Shown here piece after piece: positions 11,380-24,036 of a stretch of DNA of 32,133 bases. Position numbers and translations under genes: made by a program. Under the pieces are notes generated by a model. That model did not search any database. It saw only the letters and a list, made by a program, of their open reading frames with translations, and was not told the origin of the DNA. The stretch comes from Chiloscyllium plagiosum (Eukaryota). The stretch spans positions 1 to 32,133 of the forward strand of contig NW_025213339.1 in assembly GCF_004010195.1 (NCBI RefSeq), in the 5' to 3' direction. Each line of letters starts with the position of its first letter. The first letter of the stretch is position 1.

Positions 11380-12045
11380 AGCTTGAGAGCAACGCAGTTT
11401 ATTGAAATGGGGAGTAATCAAAAGAACAGGGTCATTCCTACAGACAGAGTGGAGATGTTCGTCAAAGCAGTTTCTGTTTGGCTCACTAATGTAAAGGAGA
11501 CTGCATTGTGAGCAGCAATGACAGGGGACTGGATTGAATGTGTGCAAGTGAAATGCTGCTTCACCTGGAAGGTGTGATTGGGGCCTTGGACTGTGAGGAA
11601 GAAAGAGGTGAATGGGCAAGCGTTGCAGCTTCTGTAATTTCATGGGAAGGTGCCATGGGGGGAGGGAAAGTGTTGGAAGTGTTTGAGGGGATCACAGAGG
11701 GAATGGTCCCTGTGAAATGCTGATAATAGATGGGCGGGGAAGATGTGTTTGATGGTGCTGTCCTGCTGGATGTAGGGGAAATGGCAGAGGTGATTATGTG
11801 AATGTGGATTCGTGTGCAGTAGGAAGTGAGGACAAGGCGAGATCCATCATAGTTCTGGAAAGGAGGGGACGGAGTGAGGGCAGATGTGAGGGAGATGAGG
11901 CAGTCACAGTTGAAGGTCCACCAGAGTGAGGGGATTTCTCGTGAGAGAATAAAGGATGTCATGTAGGAAGCTTCCCACTAGCATGTGGCTTCATCAGACA
12001 GAAATGATGGAACTAGAGAAACTGGGAGAGTGGAGTCACTCTCAG
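11380..12045 (-). mobile_element. Penelope-like element ORF fragment including the GIY-YIG endonuclease region
   Basis: The minus ORF contains CHCCSQCSLLYISEPNRNCFDEHLHSVCRNDPVLLITPHFN, matching the PLE pattern CxxCxLLYIGET..RFxEHL....PVAxHFN. The upstream RLVLTSY resembles the PLVLTY motif. Frameshifted. Confidence 0.85.
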
Positions 12046-12533
12046 CTGATCCTGTGTTCAGCCACATACGGAGGTTCCCCCTGAATGATTGAAAAGAGCC
12101 AAGCATTTCAATTGCAGATTTATGTCTTATATCTTGTCTGAAACGGAATGTGAAAATAGACCCAGGTGAAAGTCAGTAGATGTGTGGGGGAGACATTTAA
12201 GCAGATACTTCATAATGCTCAGCAATGATTGACTGTACTCAAAAAGAAGGTGAAATGAAGATGTGAAGATGAACCGCCCAGAAATGCACAAAGGCTGTGA
12301 AGGATGCTAATCTATCACAAACTAAAGAATTTAAACTGGTGAGTTGTAGTGTTGGTATTGGGACGCTTATTTTGGGAATCAGAAAAGATTGTATAAAGCA
12401 AAATACCAAGAAAAATATCCCAAAACTGACACGAAACATGAAAAAATAACCGCAAGAGTTTTCCCATATCGAATACAAAACGTTCATGATGTGTGTGTGA
12501 ACCTTGCAAGAAAGGCAGGAAAGAATATTTAGG

Positions 12534-15500
12534 TTCTATCTGGGTACCTCATAGGAGGCATTCTGTCTGTGTACATCATAGGAGGCATTCTATCTGGGTA
12601 CACCATAGAAGGCATTCTATCTGGGTACCTCATAGGAGGCATTCTGTCTGTGTACATCATAGGAGGCATTCTATCTGGGTACACCATAGAAGGCATTCTA
12701 TCTGGGTACCTCATAGGAGGCATTCTGTCTGTGTACATCATAGGAGGCATTCTATCTGGGTACACCATAGAAGGCATTCTATCTGGGTACCTCATAGGAG
12801 GCATTCTGTCTGTGTACATCATAGGAGGCATTCTATCTGGGTACACCATAGAAGGCATTCTATCTGGGTACCTCATAGGAGGCATTCTGTCTGTGTACAT
12901 CATAGGAGGCATTCTATCTGGGTACACCATAGAAGGCATTCTATCTGGGTACCTCATAGGAGGCATTCTGTCTGTGTACATCATAGGAGGCATTCTATCT
13001 GGGTACACCATAGAAGGCATTCTATCTGGGTACCTCATAGGAGGCATTCTGTCTGTGTACATCATAGGAGGCATTCTATCTGGGTACACCATAGAAGGCA
13101 TTCTATCTGGGTACCTCATAGGAGGCATTCTGTCTGTGTACATCATAGGAGGCATTCTATCTGGGTACACCATAGAAGGCATTCTATCTGGGTACCTCAT
13201 AGGAGGCATTCTGTCTGTGTACATCATAGGAGGCATTCTATCTGGGTACACCATAGAAGGCATTCTATCTGGGTACCTCATAGGAGGCATTCTGTCTGTG
13301 TACATCATAGGAGGCATTCTATCTGGGTACACCATAGAAGGCATTCTATCTGGGTACCTCATAGGAGGCATTCTGTCTGTGTACATCATAGGAGGCATTC
13401 TATCTGGGTACACCATAGAAGGCATTCTATCTGGGTACCTCATAGGAGGCATTCTGTCTGTGTACATCATAGGAGGCATTCTATCTGGGTACACCATAGA
13501 AGGCATTCTATCTGGGTACCTCATAGGAGGCATTCTGTCTGTGTACATCATAGGAGGCATTCTATCTGGGTACACCATAGAAGGCATTCTATCTGGGTAC
13601 CTCATAGGAGGCATTCTGTCTGTGTACATCATAGGAGGCATTCTATCTGGGTACACCATAGAAGGCATTCTATCTGGGTACCTCATAGGAGGCATTCTGT
13701 CTGTGTACATCATAGGAGGCATTCTATCTGGGTACACCATAGAAGGCATTCTATCTGGGTACCTCATAGGAGGCATTCTGTCTGTGTACATCATAGGAGG
13801 CATTCTATCTGGGTACACCATAGAAGGCATTCTATCTGGGTACCTCATAGGAGGCATTCTGTCTGTGTACATCATAGGAGGCATTCTATCTGGGTACACC
13901 ATAGAAGGCATTCTATCTGGGTACCTCATAGGAGGCATTCTGTCTGTGTACATCATAGGAGGCATTCTATCTGGGTACACCATAGAAGGCATTCTATCTG
14001 GGTACCTCATAGGAGGCATTCTGTCTGTGTACATCATAGGAGGCATTCTATCTGGGTACACCATAGAAGGCATTCTATCTGGGTACCTCATAGGAGGCAT
14101 TCTGTCTGTGTACATCATAGGAGGCATTCTATCTGGGTACACCATAGAAGGCATTCTATCTGGGTACCTCATAGGAGGCATTCTGTCTGTGTACATCATA
14201 GGAGGCATTCTATCTGGGTACACCATAGAAGGCATTCTATCTGGGTACCTCATAGGAGGCATTCTGTCTGTGTACATCATAGGAGGCATTCTATCTGGGT
14301 ACACCATAGAAGGCATTCTATCTGGGTACCTCATAGGAGGCATTCTGTCTGTGTACATCATAGGAGGCATTCTATCTGGGTACACCATAGAAGGCATTCT
14401 ATCTGGGTACCTCATAGGAGGCATTCTGTCTGTGTACATCATAGGAGGCATTCTATCTGGGTACACCATAGAAGGCATTCTATCTGGGTACCTCATAGGA
14501 GGCATTCTGTCTGTGTACATCATAGGAGGCATTCTATCTGGGTACACCATAGAAGGCATTCTATCTGGGTACCTCATAGGAGGCATTCTGTCTGTGTACA
14601 TCATAGGAGGCATTCTATCTGGGTACACCATAGAAGGCATTCTATCTGGGTACCTCATAGGAGGCATTCTGTCTGTGTACATCATAGGAGGCATTCTATC
14701 TGGGTACACCATAGAAGGCATTCTATCTGGGTACCTCATAGGAGGCATTCTGTCTGTGTACATCATAGGAGGCATTCTATCTGGGTACACCATAGAAGGC
14801 ATTCTATCTGGGTACCTCATAGGAGGCATTCTGTCTGTGTACATCATAGGAGGCATTCTATCTGGGTACACCATAGAAGGCATTCTATCTGGGTACCTCA
14901 TAGGAGGCATTCTGTCTGTGTACATCATAGGAGGCATTCTATCTGGGTACACCATAGAAGGCATTCTATCTGGGTACCTCATAGGAGGCATTCTGTCTGT
15001 GTACATCATAGGAGGCATTCTATCTGGGTACACCATAGAAGGCATTCTATCTGGGTACCTCATAGGAGGCATTCTGTCTGTGTACATCATAGGAGGCATT
15101 CTATCTGGGTACACCATAGAAGGCATTCTATCTGGGTACCTCATAGGAGGCATTCTGTCTGTGTACATCATAGGAGGCATTCTATCTGGGTACACCATAG
15201 AAGGCATTCTATCTGGGTACCTCATAGGAGGCATTCTGTCTGTGTACATCATAGGAGGCATTCTATCTGGGTACACCATAGAAGGCATTCTATCTGGGTA
15301 CCTCATAGGAGGCATTCTGTCTGTGTACATCATAGGAGGCATTCTATCTGGGTACACCATAGAAGGCATTCTATCTGGGTACCTCATAGGAGGCATTCTG
15401 TCTGTGTACATCATAGGAGGCATTCTATCTGGGTACACCATAGAAGGCATTCTATCTGGGTACCTCATAGGAGGCATTCTGTCTGTGTACATCATAGGAG

Positions 15501-18500
15501 GCATTCTATCTGGGTACACCATAGAAGGCATTCTATCTGGGTACCTCATAGGAGGCATTCTGTCTGTGTACATCATAGGAGGCATTCTATCTGGGTACAC
15601 CATAGAAGGCATTCTATCTGGGTACCTCATAGGAGGCATTCTGTCTGTGTACATCATAGGAGGCATTCTATCTGGGTACACCATAGAAGGCATTCTATCT
15701 GGGTACCTCATAGGAGGCATTCTGTCTGTGTACATCATAGGAGGCATTCTATCTGGGTACACCATAGAAGGCATTCTATCTGGGTACCTCATAGGAGGCA
15801 TTCTGTCTGTGTACATCATAGGAGGCATTCTATCTGGGTACACCATAGAAGGCATTCTATCTGGGTACCTCATAGGAGGCATTCTGTCTGTGTACATCAT
15901 AGGAGGCATTCTATCTGGGTACACCATAGAAGGCATTCTATCTGGGTACCTCATAGGAGGCATTCTGTCTGTGTACATCATAGGAGGCATTCTATCTGGG
16001 TACACCATAGAAGGCATTCTATCTGGGTACCTCATAGGAGGCATTCTGTCTGTGTACATCATAGGAGGCATTCTATCTGGGTACACCATAGAAGGCATTC
16101 TATCTGGGTACCTCATAGGAGGCATTCTGTCTGTGTACATCATAGGAGGCATTCTATCTGGGTACACCATAGAAGGCATTCTATCTGGGTACCTCATAGG
16201 AGGCATTCTGTCTGTGTACATCATAGGAGGCATTCTATCTGGGTACACCATAGAAGGCATTCTATCTGGGTACCTCATAGGAGGCATTCTGTCTGTGTAC
16301 ATCATAGGAGGCATTCTATCTGGGTACACCATAGAAGGCATTCTATCTGGGTACCTCATAGGAGGCATTCTGTCTGTGTACATCATAGGAGGCATTCTAT
16401 CTGGGTACACCATAGAAGGCATTCTATCTGGGTACCTCATAGGAGGCATTCTGTCTGTGTACATCATAGGAGGCATTCTATCTGGGTACACCATAGAAGG
16501 CATTCTATCTGGGTACCTCATAGGAGGCATTCTGTCTGTGTACATCATAGGAGGCATTCTATCTGGGTACACCATAGAAGGCATTCTATCTGGGTACCTC
16601 ATAGGAGGCATTCTGTCTGTGTACATCATAGGAGGCATTCTATCTGGGTACACCATAGAAGGCATTCTATCTGGGTACCTCATAGGAGGCATTCTGTCTG
16701 TGTACATCATAGGAGGCATTCTATCTGGGTACACCATAGAAGGCATTCTATCTGGGTACCTCATAGGAGGCATTCTGTCTGTGTACATCATAGGAGGCAT
16801 TCTATCTGGGTACACCATAGAAGGCATTCTATCTGGGTACCTCATAGGAGGCATTCTGTCTGTGTACATCATAGGAGGCATTCTATCTGGGTACACCATA
16901 GAAGGCATTCTATCTGGGTACCTCATAGGAGGCATTCTGTCTGTGTACATCATAGGAGGCATTCTATCTGGGTACACCATAGAAGGCATTCTATCTGGGT
17001 ACCTCATAGGAGGCATTCTGTCTGTGTACATCATAGGAGGCATTCTATCTGGGTACACCATAGAAGGCATTCTATCTGGGTACCTCATAGGAGGCATTCT
17101 GTCTGTGTACATCATAGGAGGCATTCTATCTGGGTACACCATAGAAGGCATTCTATCTGGGTACCTCATAGGAGGCATTCTGTCTGTGTACATCATAGGA
17201 GGCATTCTATCTGGGTACACCATAGAAGGCATTCTATCTGGGTACCTCATAGGAGGCATTCTGTCTGTGTACATCATAGGAGGCATTCTATCTGGGTACA
17301 CCATAGAAGGCATTCTATCTGGGTACCTCATAGGAGGCATTCTGTCTGTGTACATCATAGGAGGCATTCTATCTGGGTACACCATAGAAGGCATTCTATC
17401 TGGGTACCTCATAGGAGGCATTCTGTCTGTGTACATCATAGGAGGCATTCTATCTGGGTACACCATAGAAGGCATTCTATCTGGGTACCTCATAGGAGGC
17501 ATTCTGTCTGTGTACATCATAGGAGGCATTCTATCTGGGTACACCATAGAAGGCATTCTATCTGGGTACCTCATAGGAGGCATTCTGTCTGTGTACATCA
17601 TAGGAGGCATTCTATCTGGGTACACCATAGAAGGCATTCTATCTGGGTACCTCATAGGAGGCATTCTGTCTGTGTACATCATAGGAGGCATTCTATCTGG
17701 GTACACCATAGAAGGCATTCTATCTGGGTACCTCATAGGAGGCATTCTGTCTGTGTACATCATAGGAGGCATTCTATCTGGGTACACCATAGAAGGCATT
17801 CTATCTGGGTACCTCATAGGAGGCATTCTGTCTGTGTACATCATAGGAGGCATTCTATCTGGGTACACCATAGAAGGCATTCTATCTGGGTACCTCATAG
17901 GAGGCATTCTGTCTGTGTACATCATAGGAGGCATTCTATCTGGGTACACCATAGAAGGCATTCTATCTGGGTACCTCATAGGAGGCATTCTGTCTGTGTA
18001 CATCATAGGAGGCATTCTATCTGGGTACACCATAGAAGGCATTCTATCTGGGTACCTCATAGGAGGCATTCTGTCTGTGTACATCATAGGAGGCATTCTA
18101 TCTGGGTACACCATAGAAGGCATTCTATCTGGGTACCTCATAGGAGGCATTCTGTCTGTGTACATCATAGGAGGCATTCTATCTGGGTACACCATAGAAG
18201 GCATTCTATCTGGGTACCTCATAGGAGGCATTCTGTCTGTGTACATCATAGGAGGCATTCTATCTGGGTACACCATAGAAGGCATTCTATCTGGGTACCT
18301 CATAGGAGGCATTCTGTCTGTGTACATCATAGGAGGCATTCTATCTGGGTACACCATAGAAGGCATTCTATCTGGGTACCTCATAGGAGGCATTCTGTCT
18401 GTGTACATCATAGGAGGCATTCTATCTGGGTACACCATAGAAGGCATTCTATCTGGGTACCTCATAGGAGGCATTCTGTCTGTGTACATCATAGGAGGCA

Positions 18501-21500
18501 TTCTATCTGGGTACACCATAGAAGGCATTCTATCTGGGTACCTCATAGGAGGCATTCTGTCTGTGTACATCATAGGAGGCATTCTATCTGGGTACACCAT
18601 AGAAGGCATTCTATCTGGGTACCTCATAGGAGGCATTCTGTCTGTGTACATCATAGGAGGCATTCTATCTGGGTACACCATAGAAGGCATTCTATCTGGG
18701 TACCTCATAGGAGGCATTCTGTCTGTGTACATCATAGGAGGCATTCTATCTGGGTACACCATAGAAGGCATTCTATCTGGGTACCTCATAGGAGGCATTC
18801 TGTCTGTGTACATCATAGGAGGCATTCTATCTGGGTACACCATAGAAGGCATTCTATCTGGGTACCTCATAGGAGGCATTCTGTCTGTGTACATCATAGG
18901 AGGCATTCTATCTGGGTACACCATAGAAGGCATTCTATCTGGGTACCTCATAGGAGGCATTCTGTCTGTGTACATCATAGGAGGCATTCTATCTGGGTAC
19001 ACCATAGAAGGCATTCTATCTGGGTACCTCATAGGAGGCATTCTGTCTGTGTACATCATAGGAGGCATTCTATCTGGGTACACCATAGAAGGCATTCTAT
19101 CTGGGTACCTCATAGGAGGCATTCTGTCTGTGTACATCATAGGAGGCATTCTATCTGGGTACACCATAGAAGGCATTCTATCTGGGTACCTCATAGGAGG
19201 CATTCTGTCTGTGTACATCATAGGAGGCATTCTATCTGGGTACACCATAGAAGGCATTCTATCTGGGTACCTCATAGGAGGCATTCTGTCTGTGTACATC
19301 ATAGGAGGCATTCTATCTGGGTACACCATAGAAGGCATTCTATCTGGGTACCTCATAGGAGGCATTCTGTCTGTGTACATCATAGGAGGCATTCTATCTG
19401 GGTACACCATAGAAGGCATTCTATCTGGGTACCTCATAGGAGGCATTCTGTCTGTGTACATCATAGGAGGCATTCTATCTGGGTACACCATAGAAGGCAT
19501 TCTATCTGGGTACCTCATAGGAGGCATTCTGTCTGTGTACATCATAGGAGGCATTCTATCTGGGTACACCATAGAAGGCATTCTATCTGGGTACCTCATA
19601 GGAGGCATTCTGTCTGTGTACATCATAGGAGGCATTCTATCTGGGTACACCATAGAAGGCATTCTATCTGGGTACCTCATAGGAGGCATTCTGTCTGTGT
19701 ACATCATAGGAGGCATTCTATCTGGGTACACCATAGAAGGCATTCTATCTGGGTACCTCATAGGAGGCATTCTGTCTGTGTACATCATAGGAGGCATTCT
19801 ATCTGGGTACACCATAGAAGGCATTCTATCTGGGTACCTCATAGGAGGCATTCTGTCTGTGTACATCATAGGAGGCATTCTATCTGGGTACACCATAGAA
19901 GGCATTCTATCTGGGTACCTCATAGGAGGCATTCTGTCTGTGTACATCATAGGAGGCATTCTATCTGGGTACACCATAGAAGGCATTCTATCTGGGTACC
20001 TCATAGGAGGCATTCTGTCTGTGTACATCATAGGAGGCATTCTATCTGGGTACACCATAGAAGGCATTCTATCTGGGTACCTCATAGGAGGCATTCTGTC
20101 TGTGTACATCATAGGAGGCATTCTATCTGGGTACACCATAGAAGGCATTCTATCTGGGTACCTCATAGGAGGCATTCTGTCTGTGTACATCATAGGAGGC
20201 ATTCTATCTGGGTACACCATAGAAGGCATTCTATCTGGGTACCTCATAGGAGGCATTCTGTCTGTGTACATCATAGGAGGCATTCTATCTGGGTACACCA
20301 TAGAAGGCATTCTATCTGGGTACCTCATAGGAGGCATTCTGTCTGTGTACATCATAGGAGGCATTCTATCTGGGTACACCATAGAAGGCATTCTATCTGG
20401 GTACCTCATAGGAGGCATTCTGTCTGTGTACATCATAGGAGGCATTCTATCTGGGTACACCATAGAAGGCATTCTATCTGGGTACCTCATAGGAGGCATT
20501 CTGTCTGTGTACATCATAGGAGGCATTCTATCTGGGTACACCATAGAAGGCATTCTATCTGGGTACCTCATAGGAGGCATTCTGTCTGTGTACATCATAG
20601 GAGGCATTCTATCTGGGTACACCATAGAAGGCATTCTATCTGGGTACCTCATAGGAGGCATTCTGTCTGTGTACATCATAGGAGGCATTCTATCTGGGTA
20701 CACCATAGAAGGCATTCTATCTGGGTACCTCATAGGAGGCATTCTGTCTGTGTACATCATAGGAGGCATTCTATCTGGGTACACCATAGAAGGCATTCTA
20801 TCTGGGTACCTCATAGGAGGCATTCTGTCTGTGTACATCATAGGAGGCATTCTATCTGGGTACACCATAGAAGGCATTCTATCTGGGTACCTCATAGGAG
20901 GCATTCTGTCTGTGTACATCATAGGAGGCATTCTATCTGGGTACACCATAGAAGGCATTCTATCTGGGTACCTCATAGGAGGCATTCTGTCTGTGTACAT
21001 CATAGGAGGCATTCTATCTGGGTACACCATAGAAGGCATTCTATCTGGGTACCTCATAGGAGGCATTCTGTCTGTGTACATCATAGGAGGCATTCTATCT
21101 GGGTACACCATAGAAGGCATTCTATCTGGGTACCTCATAGGAGGCATTCTGTCTGTGTACATCATAGGAGGCATTCTATCTGGGTACACCATAGAAGGCA
21201 TTCTATCTGGGTACCTCATAGGAGGCATTCTGTCTGTGTACATCATAGGAGGCATTCTATCTGGGTACACCATAGAAGGCATTCTATCTGGGTACCTCAT
21301 AGGAGGCATTCTGTCTGTGTACATCATAGGAGGCATTCTATCTGGGTACACCATAGAAGGCATTCTATCTGGGTACCTCATAGGAGGCATTCTGTCTGTG
21401 TACATCATAGGAGGCATTCTATCTGGGTACACCATAGAAGGCATTCTATCTGGGTACCTCATAGGAGGCATTCTGTCTGTGTACATCATAGGAGGCATTC

Positions 21501-23430
21501 TATCTGGGTACACCATAGAAGGCATTCTATCTGGGTACCTCATAGGAGGCATTCTGTCTGTGTACATCATAGGAGGCATTCTATCTGGGTACACCATAGA
21601 AGGCATTCTATCTGGGTACCTCATAGGAGGCATTCTGTCTGTGTACATCATAGGAGGCATTCTATCTGGGTACACCATAGAAGGCATTCTATCTGGGTAC
21701 CTCATAGGAGGCATTCTGTCTGTGTACATCATAGGAGGCATTCTATCTGGGTACACCATAGAAGGCATTCTATCTGGGTACCTCATAGGAGGCATTCTGT
21801 CTGTGTACATCATAGGAGGCATTCTATCTGGGTACACCATAGAAGGCATTCTATCTGGGTACCTCATAGGAGGCATTCTGTCTGTGTACATCATAGGAGG
21901 CATTCTATCTGGGTACACCATAGAAGGCATTCTATCTGGGTACCTCATAGGAGGCATTCTGTCTGTGTACATCATAGGAGGCATTCTATCTGGGTACACC
22001 ATAGAAGGCATTCTATCTGGGTACCTCATAGGAGGCATTCTGTCTGTGTACATCATAGGAGGCATTCTATCTGGGTACACCATAGAAGGCATTCTATCTG
22101 GGTACCTCATAGGAGGCATTCTGTCTGTGTACATCATAGGAGGCATTCTATCTGGGTACACCATAGAAGGCATTCTATCTGGGTACCTCATAGGAGGCAT
22201 TCTGTCTGTGTACATCATAGGAGGCATTCTATCTGGGTACACCATAGAAGGCATTCTATCTGGGTACCTCATAGGAGGCATTCTGTCTGTGTACATCATA
22301 GGAGGCATTCTATCTGGGTACACCATAGAAGGCATTCTATCTGGGTACCTCATAGGAGGCATTCTGTCTGTGTACATCATAGGAGGCATTCTATCTGGGT
22401 ACACCATAGAAGGCATTCTATCTGGGTACCTCATAGGAGGCATTCTGTCTGTGTACATCATAGGAGGCATTCTATCTGGGTACACCATAGAAGGCATTCT
22501 ATCTGGGTACCTCATAGGAGGCATTCTGTCTGTGTACATCATAGGAGGCATTCTATCTGGGTACACCATAGAAGGCATTCTATCTGGGTACCTCATAGGA
22601 GGCATTCTGTCTGTGTACATCATAGGAGGCATTCTATCTGGGTACACCATAGAAGGCATTCTATCTGGGTACATCATAGAAGGCATTCTATTTGTGTTCA
22701 CCATAGAAGGCATTCTATCTGGGTACATCATAGAAGGCATTCTATTTGTGTTCACCATAGAAGGCATTCTATCTGGGTACATCATAGAAGGCATTCTATT
22801 TGTGTACATCATAGAAGGCATTCTATCTGGGTACATCATAGAAGGCATTCTATCTGGGTACCTCATAGGAGGCATTCTGTCTGTGTACATCATAGGAGGC
22901 ATTCTATCTGGGTACACCATAGAAGGCATTCTATCTGGGTACATCATAGAAGGCATTCTATTTGTGTTCACCATAGAAGGCATTCTATCTGGGTACATCA
23001 TAGGAGGAATTCTATCTGGGTACCCCATAGGAGACATTCTATCTGAGTACATCATAGAAGGCATTTTATCTGGGTGCATCAAAGGAGACATTCTATCTGG
23101 GTACATCAAAGGAGTTCCTCTATCTGGGTACATCATAGTAGGCATTCTATCTCGGTACCTCATAGAAGGCATTCTAATTGTTATATCCTGGAATGCATTC
23201 TATCTGGGTACATCATAGTAGGAATTCTATCTCAGTACCTCATAGAAGGCATTCTAATTGTTACATCCTAGAAGGCATTCTATTTGGGTACATCATAGGA
23301 GACATTCTCTCTGGGTACATCATAAAAGGCATTCTATCTGGGTAGATCGCAGAAGGCATTCTTTCTGAGTACATCATCGGAGGTATTCTACCTGGGTACA
23401 TCATAGACGGCATTCTATCAGGGTAGATCA
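12534..23430. repeat. Tandem satellite: 27-bp monomer, ~400 monomers, 81-bp higher-order repeat, derived from Rex1/Babar LINE ORF2
   Basis: A=ttctatctgggtacctcataggaggca, B=ttctgtctgtgtacatcataggaggca, C=ttctatctgggtacaccatagaaggca. (ABC)n spans 12534-22658 = 10125 bp = 125 x 81, and the 60-nt lines recur every 1620 bp. Diverged monomers continue to ~23430. Confidence 0.99.
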
Positions 23431-24036
23431 TAGCTTTGTAGAGCAACTGCTCTGCCCAGGACAGTAAAAACCTACAGAAAGATATGTGCACAGCCCAGTC
23501 CATCATGCAAGCCAATCTTCCAACTATTGACTCCATCTACACTTCTCATTGCCACAGAAAGGCAACCAATATCATCAAAGACTCCTTCTACCCTATTTAT
23601 AATCTCTTCTAATATCTTCCATCAGGCAGAAGATACAGAGGCTTAAACACAAGTATCAACAGGTTCAAGAACAGCTTCTTCCCCACTGTTAGTAGACTGC
23701 TGAACGGACCTCCCCAACTTCAAATCTCACATTGATCTTGCTTTTGTACACCTTCTGAGCTGCCTCACAGTGAGGCAGAAAAAAATTGGCCATACGGTCA
23801 TGAGTCATGAATCAGAGCACATGACTTTGGAGAGACCAAGTTTTAAACTATAGAAATGTTGCAGCAAAAACAGAGTTTGAAATCTTCAGTCTGAATCTTT
23901 TTTCTGCCTCACTGTTCAAGGACCCTATGATCTGTATGTCCTTGTATGTTATGATCTGCCTGTACTGCTTGCAATTCAAACTTTCCACTGTACTTAGATA
24001 CATGTGACAACGATAAATCAAATCAGATCAAATAAA
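23400..24036 (+). mobile_element. Rex1/Babar-type LINE 3' portion (ORF2 C-terminus, 3' UTR, (AAATC)n-like tail), contiguous with the satellite
   Basis: Translates IIDGILSG*IIAL*SNCSAQDSKNLQKDMCTAQSIMQANLPTIDSIYTSHCHRKATNIIKDS...LPSGRRYRGLNTSINRFKNSFFPTVSRLLN, the Rex1/Babar C-terminus (DUF1891-region motif IESILxxCITxWYG). Tail taaatcaaatcagatcaaataaa. Confidence 0.92.
23767..23915. repeat. Insertion with 18-bp perfect terminal inverted repeats, containing an inverted copy of 26406-26517
   Basis: acagtgaggcagaaaaaa (23767-23784) pairs with ttttttctgcctcactgt (23898-23915). The interior 23783-23894 is the reverse complement of 26406-26517 with few mismatches. Confidence 0.9.

Noticed and set aside
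12493..23218. Giant CDS calls (3517, 3547 and 3549 aa)
   Set aside because: Not listed as genes: they are explained by a 9-codon unit stop-free in three frames, with no non-repeat domains and no evidence of selection.
12534..23430. CRISPR-like array (27-bp periodicity with alternating variants)
   Set aside because: Monomers are head-to-tail with no unique spacers, there are no cas genes, the context is vertebrate, and the unit derives from a LINE.
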